A DNA stretch of 61,758 bases from a virus (Duplodnaviria; Caudoviricetes): positions 1 through 61,758 of IMG/VR virus record IMGVR_UViG_3300033145_001155; one strand, given 5' to 3'. Below, piece by piece: positions 1-9,603 of this stretch (position 1 is its first letter; each line of letters opens with the position of its first letter). The translations under genes and the position numbers were made by a program. The notes below the pieces were generated by a model, which was given only the letters and a program-made list of their open reading frames with translations, did no database searches and was not told the DNA's origin.

Positions 1-101
1 GTCCTTCAATATAACTGTACTTACTCCATTTCCAAGGAGAGGGACTCACGGCACAGGAGGCAACCGATGCTGACAGGGCACATGTTCCGTCTTCCGGCAG
101 A
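1..101. repeat. Terminal direct repeat, left copy (circular contig overlap)
   Basis: Positions 1-101 are identical to 61658-61758, and a reading frame runs cleanly across the junction. Confidence 0.97.
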
Positions 102-1003
102 TGTATGCACCACAAGGCATCGCTCTCATTCCTAATCTTCGCCGTTACCTGTGTCCCGCAATCATCTGTTATTGTAATGTCAGCAACTGCTGAATAATCA
201 TTAGCATCACCTCATGTACCAGCCGCGCAGTCTAACTGCGCACATCGGCTATCGGTCGTGTGCTGGTTCGTGCCGCTGACGTTCCACGTATAGCCAGTAC
301 CGCTCACATTATAAGTAAACGGTGGGCACCCACCATTGACACACACCATAATATTACTGCCCGCCACAATGGTGTCTGGCGTATTATCATCGTCAAACTC
401 AAAGGTCGCTGCCGCTGGACAACAGGGGCACCACATAGTCACTTCTTCTTCACAAATAGAACCACCAGCGTCATAAAAGCGTACTACTAAATCAACCTTC
501 TCCTTGCCTGCGTCCAGATATGTATCCCACGTACCTGCAACCGGGTATATCTTAATAGGACTCACGCCCCCTTCTAATGATATACGAGCCATCGCGAGAA
601 GTACGCCGTCCTTAAATACTTTCCACCTGTCAACCGTTTCTGGTGGGGTGAGAGCCAACCACCCACAGCTAATAGGTCGATCGCAGTCCTTACCCACATA
701 GTTGGAAGAGCAGCTTATAGAACAACCTACAAATCCGCCACCCCAAGCAGGGTCCGTAGGTACAGGACCAGGAAATGAAGGAAAGGCCCAGGATGGCCAA
801 CCCATAAGACCTAACAATGGGTACGGCGGCGGCTGAAAGTGCTCCTGCTCAGCATAACTGTCTACCAAATACGGCTTGTCCATCTCGCTATAGGGCGCGG
901 CCACCTGGTCCTGCATAGCCTTACGCGGTACACGTCTCATACGTGTCACGTAATCGTCATCTTCATCTGCTAAATATGATTTGCGTCCGTATTCACGTGT
1001 CAT
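1..1003 (-). CDS. Cys-rich virion-module protein, N-terminal part; predicted selenoprotein (in-frame TGA at 214-212); continues across the origin to 61476, 394 aa total
   Basis: ORF 212..1003 ends ...LDCAAGT-TGA. The same frame stays open for 130 more codons (GDANDYSAVADITITDDCGTQ...WAALDWCG*), has no in-frame ATG, and ends in a TAATG overlap with the next gene. A SECIS-like hairpin follows the TGA. Confidence 0.8.
175..211 (-). promoter_or_regulatory. Bacterial SECIS-like hairpin after TGA 214-212
   Basis: mRNA UAAUG-AUUAU-UCAGC-AGUU-GCUGA-CAUUA; the loop starts after a 23-nt spacer from UGA, with G at loop position 2 followed by U. Confidence 0.7.
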
Positions 1004-1032
1004 GTCACCTACCCTACCCCACCCTACATCTA

Positions 1033-1242
1033 TTAACGCCTACCCGTTGGTATGCCGCGCACAGGAGCTGGCAATATGCGCCCCTGATTTCGCCAAAATG
1101 CCTCCTGTATTACCCCGGTTGGTCCATCATACTCACTCGGCACACAGGGCATACGTTGCACCAAATGCGGGTTAAGTGTAACCTGTTTTACCCGCTGATC
1201 GGGCCGTAATGCGTGCGGACTCCTCTTCACCTTTGCCATCAT
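1033..1242 (-). CDS. Hypothetical protein (virion module)
   Basis: 69-aa ORF with ATGA overlap to the upstream gene; fills the gap. Confidence 0.7.
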   Translation of the reverse strand: MMAKVKRSPHALRPDQRVKQVTLNPHLVQRMPCVPSEYDGPTGVIQEAFWRNQGRILPAPVRGIPTGRR

Positions 1243-3911
1243 CTGTCCTCCCAGACCAACACTTTCGCCCCTATGGTATATAGTGTACAGTCCTGGCTTT
1301 CCGTTGCGTGTTGTATCTTAAGTGTTATGTGTTGGTCCATTATGTTTAACTGTAACAAGTGACGCCGTATGTCTTGCGTTGCCACTTCCGCCGTCATACT
1401 TAAGGTAAGTGTATGCTGCGTAATGCCATTGGCACTTAGGGTAAGGGTGACGTCACCCGCCGCCTGTACTTCCATCTGTAACAAAAACTCCCTAAGGTCT
1501 ATATACCGCCCACTACCACTTAATTCTGGCTGTATGTAGCTGGTTATGGCTGTGCTAATATCGTTTTGCCCATAGTTATGCTGATAGATAGTGCCGTCCG
1601 CAACGCCACCACCGACCTGCAACGTGGCTATCTGCTCGGACTCTGCCCCTACCTCAGCCATACAGGCCATATTGTTCGCCATGAGGTCAAAGTACCAACC
1701 CTTTCCCATAAGGTCAAACACCGGAAACAGGTTGGGTCGGCAGGATAATACTTCATACGCCTCACCACTAACCATAATATCCGTGTCCAAGGCTAGTACA
1801 GTTGCACTGTCTATGGCGGTTACTAACGCCGTGGTGTTGTCTGTCGTATTTACTACCGTGTCGCCGATCTGTATTGTAGCCGCTATTGGGTGAGCGGAGG
1901 GCGTTTTGCGTGTGGTAAATGCCCCGACAGTGTCCACCAGTTTGTCTGACGTCGTGCTTGTGGCCGTACCTGTTTGTGTTGGGTAACCACTGACAAGACC
2001 CAGGCGCAGTACGTTGTATGCACTATCGTAGCCTAACCAGTGTTCCTTTTCACAGCCACGGCGGATACACTCGGCACGTGTCGCGTCCCAGTAGTTCTGT
2101 ATATCGTCGCTTATTACGTGCATAATATGCCCATCACTCGCTATCGCGCCGTAACGGCTAAGCCAAAATGTCAGCGTCTTAATTTTCTGTTCCGTTTCCG
2201 TACTCGTCATTACGCCTTCAACTACAGTAGCACACTTGGCGTTAAGGATGCCGATACGGACGGAAATAAGTAACTTGCCGTATGTAACTGGACTATAGCC
2301 CTCAAATAAGGTAGTACAACCACCCTCAGCACCTAACTCCTCTTGCAAGACTAACATCTCACTATAGAAGGGTATATAGCGCAAGATTTGGTTGGCGCGA
2401 CCGTCACCCGCCTCTAATATACCATACGTAGGGCCATTGAGGACCATTGGCGCACCAGAAGGGGTTAAGTAGGCATACTCGCTAAACAGGTTGAATGAGT
2501 AGACGGAGTGGCCCTTCCACATAGCAACGGCAGTACCGGCAGTACCAAAATCCTCTACATCATAAAAGGGCATGGTTTGTATGGAAACCACAACGTCAGC
2601 GGCTATAGCAGAGTCCCAGATAAGCTCATACATATAGGCGTAGTATAGGCTGGTCTGAAATTGCCTGGGTTGCGCAGTGGCCTGGCGTGGAAAGGTTATC
2701 CAGCCTGCCTGAGACATACCATTAGTGCCGTCCGTGTCTGTACCTACTGTTGTTAGTCCTGCGCCGTCCCAGTATTTCAGCGACGTCACATTTGTGCCTG
2801 TTGCATTAGGTGTGCCGCCTGGGTCGATATATATGGCGTTTATACGCGTGGCGGACATTATGACGATCTTCTTACCTGACCCCAATTCATCTAAGTCTAC
2901 CGCAGAGGCTGCATACACTTCATACTGGCTGGTGCCTTCTACATACACCTCTACTGCGTCCTGGGGTACGCCATTCCAGACGTTGCGCAAGTCTTGAAAG
3001 GCAGAACCGTAGGTAACAGCGGAAATTTCCACTTCGGCATCTAACTGTGTGTCCGTTTCCCACCTGTACCAGAAGCCAGCCCTGCCATACATGTAGTAAG
3101 GTACTTCGTCTGAGGGATGTGTTAACGTCATAGCACCGCCAGTAGTTGCTAAAGTAGCCCCATCGGAAGTACCATCCGTTTCTGTTGTATCTGCCCACGT
3201 GTTATCATTCTTCCTATACGATAGTGTACCTACTGCCGTTGTGCCATTGGGCTTGGGAATAGTAAAGGTTAGACGGTTTACGGGTATAGGTGTGCAGATG
3301 AATATACACTCGTACGCGGCCAACGTGTTTAACGAGTCGAGGACGGCGTTGCCACTACCACCGGTTACTTCCTTTGTATAATCATACCCGTCATCTGGTA
3401 TGGCAGGCGGGGCCTCGCTGGCGTGATCATACTTAACAAAGGCGGAGACATAATTGGTTGTGCCTGCCCATAGCTGTAATTGGTCGACCCCGTTGGCGTA
3501 GGCAAGTACATCCGACATATTAGCCCAACTGGCCGGTATGTGGCTGGCCGTGCCTGCACCCCAAGCCTCAGCACCAAATACGCCAGTGGTAACTATTGGC
3601 GGATTATTGGTAGCCTCAAGCACGTCGCCGTCCGACATCTGTGCCAGAAAATGTGACTCCGAGTGACGGGCCTTTTTAAATTGGAATAAGGTGCATGCTT
3701 TGTTGGTACTGTCTGCTGTGGAATGAAGTTTGCGGTAACCCTTACGTTTTATTAGGCCGGGATGCCTTCCACGGACATTCTGCGCCATGGAGAAGGCACC
3801 AAAAGGCAATAGCGCAGGTTTGCGCACCGTAATAGCACCACCTTGCAGTGGTACAGCTTTAGTAGAGGCAGGCCATCGTAGCCCACCACTACGTGACTTT
3901 CGTCTTGCCAT
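1239..3911 (-). CDS. Putative tail nozzle/stabilisation protein (P22 gp10/T7 gp12-like position)
   Basis: 890-aa beta-rich ORF directly after the adaptor; N-terminal AQNVR...LIKRKGY pattern typical of podovirus nozzle proteins; GGAGG RBS. Confidence 0.65.
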   Translation of the reverse strand: MARRKSRSGGLRWPASTKAVPLQGGAITVRKPALLPFGAFSMAQNVRGRHPGLIKRKGYRKLHSTADSTNKACTLFQFKKARHSESHFLAQMSDGDVLEATNNPPIVTTGVFGAEAWGAGTASHIPASWANMSDVLAYANGVDQLQLWAGTTNYVSAFVKYDHASEAPPAIPDDGYDYTKEVTGGSGNAVLDSLNTLAAYECIFICTPIPVNRLTFTIPKPNGTTAVGTLSYRKNDNTWADTTETDGTSDGATLATTGGAMTLTHPSDEVPYYMYGRAGFWYRWETDTQLDAEVEISAVTYGSAFQDLRNVWNGVPQDAVEVYVEGTSQYEVYAASAVDLDELGSGKKIVIMSATRINAIYIDPGGTPNATGTNVTSLKYWDGAGLTTVGTDTDGTNGMSQAGWITFPRQATAQPRQFQTSLYYAYMYELIWDSAIAADVVVSIQTMPFYDVEDFGTAGTAVAMWKGHSVYSFNLFSEYAYLTPSGAPMVLNGPTYGILEAGDGRANQILRYIPFYSEMLVLQEELGAEGGCTTLFEGYSPVTYGKLLISVRIGILNAKCATVVEGVMTSTETEQKIKTLTFWLSRYGAIASDGHIMHVISDDIQNYWDATRAECIRRGCEKEHWLGYDSAYNVLRLGLVSGYPTQTGTATSTTSDKLVDTVGAFTTRKTPSAHPIAATIQIGDTVVNTTDNTTALVTAIDSATVLALDTDIMVSGEAYEVLSCRPNLFPVFDLMGKGWYFDLMANNMACMAEVGAESEQIATLQVGGGVADGTIYQHNYGQNDISTAITSYIQPELSGSGRYIDLREFLLQMEVQAAGDVTLTLSANGITQHTLTLSMTAEVATQDIRRHLLQLNIMDQHITLKIQHATESQDCTLYTIGAKVLVWEDR

Positions 3912-3931
3912 AAAACCCCCTCCAACACCAA

Positions 3932-4822
3932 TTACCCGTGTATAGTATAACCCTGCTCAGGAATATTTATTCCACCGCCGCCTCCAGGATCAAAGTCACA
4001 CCACATATCTTCACTTAGCACGTCCACGTCGCCACCGGCGAACGCAAGTAGTGTATCATTTAGCGCTATCTGGAACAGCTTGGCTTCCATATTTCCCGGT
4101 TCCTCTTGGGATACAGGGTTGATACCTTTGGTAATCATTATGGCAAGCTGAGAAATTAAAAAATGAAATGGTTCCGGCAGATCACTAACGATGCCATAGT
4201 ACTTACTGGCCGCACCTGTTTCTGTGCCTATGGTGGCCACGCGGGCCACAGTATAATCGCTAATCGTATCTACCCAATCGTCAGTAATATTTTCAATCTT
4301 CATGCCGTTGTAGTAATCGACCAGCTTCTTAGCACTAGTGGCAAGGGTTATACTTAACGCACCACCAGCACTGGACATACCCATAGTTAGGTCGCGCGGC
4401 ATACGCCAGTACCATAGTGTATACGTCTGGGTACAGCCGGAACGGGTTAGTATTAACGTATTACCCTTACGGTAGTACTCACGTAGTGAACCCGCACCCG
4501 TAGCGGTAGGTCTATCGTCCACACCTACGCGTCCTACCTTGTGGCCGTTTTCATCCGCGAACCGTCGTACTATACCAAAGTCCCATGGCAGGGTAAAAAC
4601 CGAATCAACCCCTACCACAGAAGCACTCTCCAAAAATTCATGTGGGATGCGACGAAAGAGAATGGCATGTAAGTGGCGCTGGGCCTTGTTCGCATTGCTA
4701 ATAAGCTCCTCATTAAGGTGTGCACCACTGGTGTCCGTGGCTTGCATCTTACCGACGCTATACTCGTTCATGCCGCGCCGTATGTCTGCCACTATGTCAT
4801 AACAATTGTCGTATGTTCCCAT
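3932..4822 (-). CDS. Putative head-tail adaptor protein
   Basis: 296 aa; N-terminal helices (LISNANKAQRHL), FTLPWDF and C-terminal SDLPEPFHFLI pattern of podovirus adaptors; synteny. Confidence 0.6.
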   Translation of the reverse strand: MGTYDNCYDIVADIRRGMNEYSVGKMQATDTSGAHLNEELISNANKAQRHLHAILFRRIPHEFLESASVVGVDSVFTLPWDFGIVRRFADENGHKVGRVGVDDRPTATGAGSLREYYRKGNTLILTRSGCTQTYTLWYWRMPRDLTMGMSSAGGALSITLATSAKKLVDYYNGMKIENITDDWVDTISDYTVARVATIGTETGAASKYYGIVSDLPEPFHFLISQLAIMITKGINPVSQEEPGNMEAKLFQIALNDTLLAFAGGDVDVLSEDMWCDFDPGGGGGINIPEQGYTIHG

Positions 4823-4842
4823 GTCGTCTCCCGTTTGGGGGG

Positions 4843-5571
4843 TTAAGCACTCACCAATATTTCATTCGGCATCGTTTTGCCTGGAAAATGTTTGTCCCAC
4901 TGTGTGCGCAGCTCTTCCTTATCCTCTTCCGGGTACTGAACGATGTCGCCTGTGTTGCGAGTTAACCACCCCGCGAAATTGCCTTTGTTCAGCCAGGCAA
5001 ATTTGGGTTTGCGTTTTTCGGTCACGTCTTCACCTGCATTACCTGCACTCCCTGCGTCGTCTGCCTCTTCTATATCTTCCGTATCCTTGGGCAACGACAT
5101 ACTGCCTGACTTCAGCAGGCTAGTTAAGTCCCGTATCTGTTGTTTCATTTCCCCCATGGCCTCTTTCAGATCCTTGTTTTCGGACTCCAGGTTAGAAACG
5201 CGCCCATCCGCCGCCGCTTGAAGAACCTCATAGGGGGCCACCAACTTTACCCTTAGCTCCTTGGCGTGCTCGGCCAACTGTTGCGTTGGATGCACAAACG
5301 GCTTATTTTCGTTTTTACGTGACTCGTTTAGCTGGTTGAAGTTGCTGATCTGCAGCATCCAGAAGTTTTTGTATATCTTTAGCGCTTCTTTCTTGTACTG
5401 CTCCTGGTCCGTCCCGTACTCAATGCGCAGTATGCCACGCCTACTGACTTTGTTCAGTATGTGGTTGCCGCGTGCATCGGCCATCTCCACTATTTCTCCT
5501 GGCAACAATATACCCTGTACGCCAATGTGCGACCACGGTACTTCCTCCGGTGTAAAATTAGCTATAATCAT
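4843..5571 (-). CDS. Hypothetical protein with coiled coil
   Basis: 242-aa ORF in the late operon, tightly packed. Confidence 0.75.
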   Translation of the reverse strand: MIIANFTPEEVPWSHIGVQGILLPGEIVEMADARGNHILNKVSRRGILRIEYGTDQEQYKKEALKIYKNFWMLQISNFNQLNESRKNENKPFVHPTQQLAEHAKELRVKLVAPYEVLQAAADGRVSNLESENKDLKEAMGEMKQQIRDLTSLLKSGSMSLPKDTEDIEEADDAGSAGNAGEDVTEKRKPKFAWLNKGNFAGWLTRNTGDIVQYPEEDKEELRTQWDKHFPGKTMPNEILVSA

Positions 5572-5585
5572 AACATGTACCCCCT

Positions 5586-6092
5586 TTACGCGGCCTGGTC
5601 TGTAATATCCATTGGCGGATTATTATCAGCCAGGCCAAATTTACGTTTGTCTACCACTTTATACCCCCTTGGTTTATGTTCTATGCGACGGAACGTGGCG
5701 TTATTCTTACCCATATTAAACGCCTCCGTGTACGCACGCATTAGCTGTATCTTATCATCTTTGGTAACGTCGCGTATTTCACTGGCGGCTTTCTTATCTT
5801 CGTCTTCCCTATAGGCGCGCATGTAATCTTCCGCGCGCAACTGACGCTTAGCAGGAGACACGCGGTGTAGGTCGCCACCAAAGAGTATGCGCAACTCCCT
5901 ATTGTCCGGTTGACGAAAGTGGCCGTTACGTCCACCGACCATAAGTACTTCATCGGGCGAGCCATAAGCCTTGGGGTGGAAAATAACAAAGCGGCTATGG
6001 CGGCGGCTAAAAGCACATACCAGCTGCGGATCGAACTCGGTCAAACGGGCAACGAAGCCCCTATCTGGTGTTGGTAACATGCCGTGGTACAT
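5586..6092 (-). CDS. Hypothetical protein
   Basis: 168-aa ORF in the late operon. Confidence 0.75.
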   Translation of the reverse strand: MYHGMLPTPDRGFVARLTEFDPQLVCAFSRRHSRFVIFHPKAYGSPDEVLMVGGRNGHFRQPDNRELRILFGGDLHRVSPAKRQLRAEDYMRAYREDEDKKAASEIRDVTKDDKIQLMRAYTEAFNMGKNNATFRRIEHKPRGYKVVDKRKFGLADNNPPMDITDQAA

Positions 6093-6109
6093 AACCCTAA
6101 CCCCCTACA

Positions 6110-6730
6110 TCATATGTCCTGTGCGTACACTTTATCCGCCTGAAAAAGTACCAGTGGTTCCTGTTTCGCCTTAATATCAACCCCTTTCACACGACCGCGC
6201 GGGGTCCGATCTATGGCAGATGCCATCTTGGTTACGTCCAACCCCTCACCCAATGGCCCTAAAAAGTTACATAGGCCCTGAGCAATAGAGCGCGGATAAT
6301 TCACCATCTCCCTATACTGTACATAGTGCGTCGGTATTTCATGTTGCCTTAGTATGCGTATTGCCCACGCCAGTATTTGATCGGGCGAGTCCCATATGGT
6401 GCGCATTGCCATCATGGAGGAAATGATTTCCGTCATGTCCCTCAACATGAAAATAACAAGTAAGGAGCGAGTGCCAACGGGTAAGTGCTCCATATAGGGT
6501 GCAACCAGTTTAACCGCCTTACCGGCGGACCAGGAGGGTGGGTTGCTGGTTAACTTCTCACCCACGTCCTTCACCTCATATATACCATAAGGTGAAAATT
6601 CGTTCATCGCCCCCTGGGTAACCGTGTCCACCAAAACAGGTAGACCGCCATAGTACAACATACGCATCATGGTGGTAGTACCAGTGCGGGGGAGGCCTGA
6701 AACGATAACGGTGGGCAACAGGTCGGCCAT
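6110..6730 (-). CDS. Sulfotransferase-family protein
   Basis: IVSGLPRTGTT PAPS-binding loop, IFMLRD..EIISS 3'-phosphate motif, and YREMV..P...LCNFLG motif. Confidence 0.8.
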   Translation of the reverse strand: MADLLPTVIVSGLPRTGTTTMMRMLYYGGLPVLVDTVTQGAMNEFSPYGIYEVKDVGEKLTSNPPSWSAGKAVKLVAPYMEHLPVGTRSLLVIFMLRDMTEIISSMMAMRTIWDSPDQILAWAIRILRQHEIPTHYVQYREMVNYPRSIAQGLCNFLGPLGEGLDVTKMASAIDRTPRGRVKGVDIKAKQEPLVLFQADKVYAQDI

Positions 6731-7089
6731 TACTTTCCCTTTTTGGTAGCCTTGGGTTTGGGTTTGCCCTTAGGTTCAGCCTTATAACTAACCCCCGCCT
6801 TCATCCCTGTCTCTGGTCCCCATCCTGCCTCGTCTATCACTTCCTGGTTGCGTTCGGCCAGCGTCTTCACCACGACCACCCGTACCGGCATATCGCCGTG
6901 CGCTTTTAGTGCTTCTGCCCCCGTGCTTATTAGCGTTTGCGACACAGGTAGCTCCCCCAGCTTTATCGAGACATAGAATAGCACCAGGGGTATAACACTT
7001 TCCACATTACTTCCTGCTGCCTCGGCTAATACCTTCGCTACACTACACTTCTCGATATCCAACTTGTACACCATCTCTGTTACTTTCAT
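6730..7089 (-). CDS. Hypothetical protein, basic C-terminus
   Basis: 119-aa ORF, GGAGG RBS, TAATG coupling to the sulfotransferase. Confidence 0.7.
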   Translation of the reverse strand: MKVTEMVYKLDIEKCSVAKVLAEAAGSNVESVIPLVLFYVSIKLGELPVSQTLISTGAEALKAHGDMPVRVVVVKTLAERNQEVIDEAGWGPETGMKAGVSYKAEPKGKPKPKATKKGK

Positions 7090-7122
7090 ATCCTACCTCC
7101 CACTCTACTACAATGGCGCGAA

Positions 7123-7161
7123 TGGCCGCGACCCCCAAACCAAAACAGAAGGCCGCGGCCA
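7123..7161 (-). terminator. GC-rich hairpin (terminator or mRNA stabiliser)
   Basis: UGGCCGCGGCC...GGUCGCGGCCA stem in the intergenic gap; no clear U-tract. Confidence 0.45.
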
Positions 7162-7196
7162 GTTAAGGATTAACGGGTTAGTATTACCCCGCGTCA

Positions 7197-8156
7197 TTAG
7201 CTCAGCGTACCGATCGCCGGAAACTCGAAACCGGACAGTGTTGCCTGGTAGCTATAGTAATTCTTTGAGCAGTAAATACCAGTGGCACCAGTCAGGAACG
7301 GTGTCTCACCCGCCACATCCAACGCATAGCAATGATTGTACATCATCCAACCTGTGCTGACCGCTTCCACCATGCTAATACCCGTGGCCGCATCAGCGTC
7401 ATGCAGATTGTGAATAAGATTGCCGAACACCTGAATATTCTTGGCGATCTCATTATCCGCCATATAAATAGGTGCAAACGGTGACGCGTTGAAGTCACCG
7501 GTGATTTTGTTGCCAATGATCTTCACGTCCTGGTTATCCTTGAGCAAATCAATGACGGTCACGTGGGCATCATCGGTAAGGTTGATCTCATTACTGATAA
7601 TCTCAAGCCCGTCATAGTCATTATCTGCCGTACCCGCATGAATAAGGTCCACCCAGTTCTCGTTGGCGGTGTTCTCTTCCCAGTAACAATTGGCGATACG
7701 CACACCCTTGGCGGTCACCTTACCCCAAATGGCAATGTCCGCATGACCTGCATGAAATTTCAGGTTCTCCATAGTGGTATCGGCTGCGGTAAACAGGGCA
7801 GTGACTGTATTCGCCCCATCCATCAGGAAAGTAGGCCGGGCATCATAGCGGCCAAGGCCGAATATGCCGACACCGATCTTGTCGCTCGTGATACCACCCG
7901 CACCAGTAATAGTCTCGGTATGGTATGGACACACATAGATCACATCGCCTCTACTGCTTATGCAGCCCGCAAGTGCATCGTCCAATGTCTTGTGCAAGCG
8001 GTCACCGGCCACACGACTGTCAAGCCAGGTCCGCGCTTGAATACCACTTTTCGCTACATAATGCACCTCGCCCATGAAAGGCCCTTGTGCGCCCATGCCC
8101 TGAATCTTGCTGATATCAATGGCTGCATTCAGGGCTATTCCTCTATTTAGTATCAT
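7197..8156 (-). CDS. Right-handed beta-helix (pectin-lyase-like) virion protein
   Basis: RGDVIYV..YH.ETI motif and repeated I.GN.I / V.GN.I beta-helix turns; follows the major capsid gene. Confidence 0.7.
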   Translation of the reverse strand: MILNRGIALNAAIDISKIQGMGAQGPFMGEVHYVAKSGIQARTWLDSRVAGDRLHKTLDDALAGCISSRGDVIYVCPYHTETITGAGGITSDKIGVGIFGLGRYDARPTFLMDGANTVTALFTAADTTMENLKFHAGHADIAIWGKVTAKGVRIANCYWEENTANENWVDLIHAGTADNDYDGLEIISNEINLTDDAHVTVIDLLKDNQDVKIIGNKITGDFNASPFAPIYMADNEIAKNIQVFGNLIHNLHDADAATGISMVEAVSTGWMMYNHCYALDVAGETPFLTGATGIYCSKNYYSYQATLSGFEFPAIGTLS

Positions 8157-8182
8157 AACATTTCTCCTTTAGCACAGTTTAC

Positions 8183-8209
8183 CCCCACCCCCAAATGTTG
8201 AGGGTGGGA
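8183..8209 (-). terminator. Hairpin downstream of major capsid gene
   Basis: CCCACCCUCAA-CAU-UUGGGGGUGGG stem-loop. Confidence 0.5.
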
Positions 8210-8247
8210 TACTAAGGTTAATGGTTAACGGTTAACTACTCTGCCCA

Positions 8248-9570
8248 TTAGAACGGCATGCTGCTTGGTTCCGTAAGATCGTCAAGCAATGTGAGTGAGG
8301 GACGATCTTCCACGCCAAGGTCCGCGTACATACGCAGGAACATGGTGGCCTCGTCGTAGTCCTCACGCCAGTGCATCATATTTTTGTCAAACCCACCCCA
8401 ACCAATCGGCGTCAGCTCATACTTCTTGATGGCGCTCTTCGGCTCAAAATACATCCTGTTGGGTTGAGTTACCGGGTCGACCAGTATTTCTATGGCCGCG
8501 TTCTGGCTGAACCCAAGGGTTTCATACCCACCCTTGAACACACCAGGTGCGTACCTCCGGTCGGGGGAAAGCAGGCCGAAATACTTACGCCGCTGCCCTA
8601 AGCCCATACGGATTAAGCCAATGGTCGCTTCGGTCCGGGCCGTAGACATGTCCACTGCGGCAAGCATAAGGTCCTCACTGACTTCCCGCACGACGGAACT
8701 GTTGTCCATAATGTTTGCCTTGAACTCCGGGTCGGACGCCACGGTAACACCCTCAAACGTGGCACGTGCAGTACCATCGTCGAATATGGCATTCAGGCCG
8801 GTAAGTTCATAGGACGTGTTGGAGGTGGCGTGGGTAACGGCACGCACACCGTAGCGGACGAGAAAAGACCCGCTGGCTACTGTATTCGCATCATTGGTGT
8901 AAGCCTGCGCAGCGGACTGTGGATTGTAAGCGCGATACGTCGTATCCGACTTCTCGAACGTTACCACCCGCGTGTTGGGGTTAATGCTGCTAATACGCAC
9001 GGAGGAACATGTGATATCCATTACTGTCGACTGGAAAAAGTCACACACCATACCCTTACGCATATAACGTACACCCCGGTCATTGTCAAACGCCACCGTC
9101 CACGTGGCAGAGGTGCTCGGCGTGGCTATGGCGGATGATGTACCGAGCAGACCGAACCCATCACCGTGACACTGCCTGTTAAGATCGCGCAGGAAAGACT
9201 TGTACGCGTTCATTGTCGCGTCACCTTGTGCGTTAACAAACGCAGCCGTGTTACCCTTACCTGCTTCAACGGCCAGGCCGGACATACGAATGACGGCGTA
9301 ATTCAACTTGGGAACGATCAGCCCCTGAACACCATCACCTACCATCGGCTGAGGTAAGAGCGCACCTTCCGCCCTACCACCGATACCCTCGGCGTCACTC
9401 TGGCGTGTGGAGAAGTAATACCCAACGCCAGCGGGTTTAATATCCGCCTTCCGCTCACTCTTACTGAACTGGTTATAAGTCACTGCAGCATTACTGAACA
9501 AGTCAGTAATCTTCTTGCCATACACTCGCTTAAATTGATAAGCGAGAGTGGTAGTAGTTTCTGTTGCCAT
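8248..9570 (-). CDS. Major capsid protein
   Basis: 440 aa; follows scaffold and portal; GGAGG RBS; downstream hairpin. Confidence 0.8.
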   Translation of the reverse strand: MATETTTTLAYQFKRVYGKKITDLFSNAAVTYNQFSKSERKADIKPAGVGYYFSTRQSDAEGIGGRAEGALLPQPMVGDGVQGLIVPKLNYAVIRMSGLAVEAGKGNTAAFVNAQGDATMNAYKSFLRDLNRQCHGDGFGLLGTSSAIATPSTSATWTVAFDNDRGVRYMRKGMVCDFFQSTVMDITCSSVRISSINPNTRVVTFEKSDTTYRAYNPQSAAQAYTNDANTVASGSFLVRYGVRAVTHATSNTSYELTGLNAIFDDGTARATFEGVTVASDPEFKANIMDNSSVVREVSEDLMLAAVDMSTARTEATIGLIRMGLGQRRKYFGLLSPDRRYAPGVFKGGYETLGFSQNAAIEILVDPVTQPNRMYFEPKSAIKKYELTPIGWGGFDKNMMHWREDYDEATMFLRMYADLGVEDRPSLTLLDDLTEPSSMPF

Positions 9571-9603
9571 ATTAAGCCTCCACTATGTAACCCCAAACGC
9601 GAG

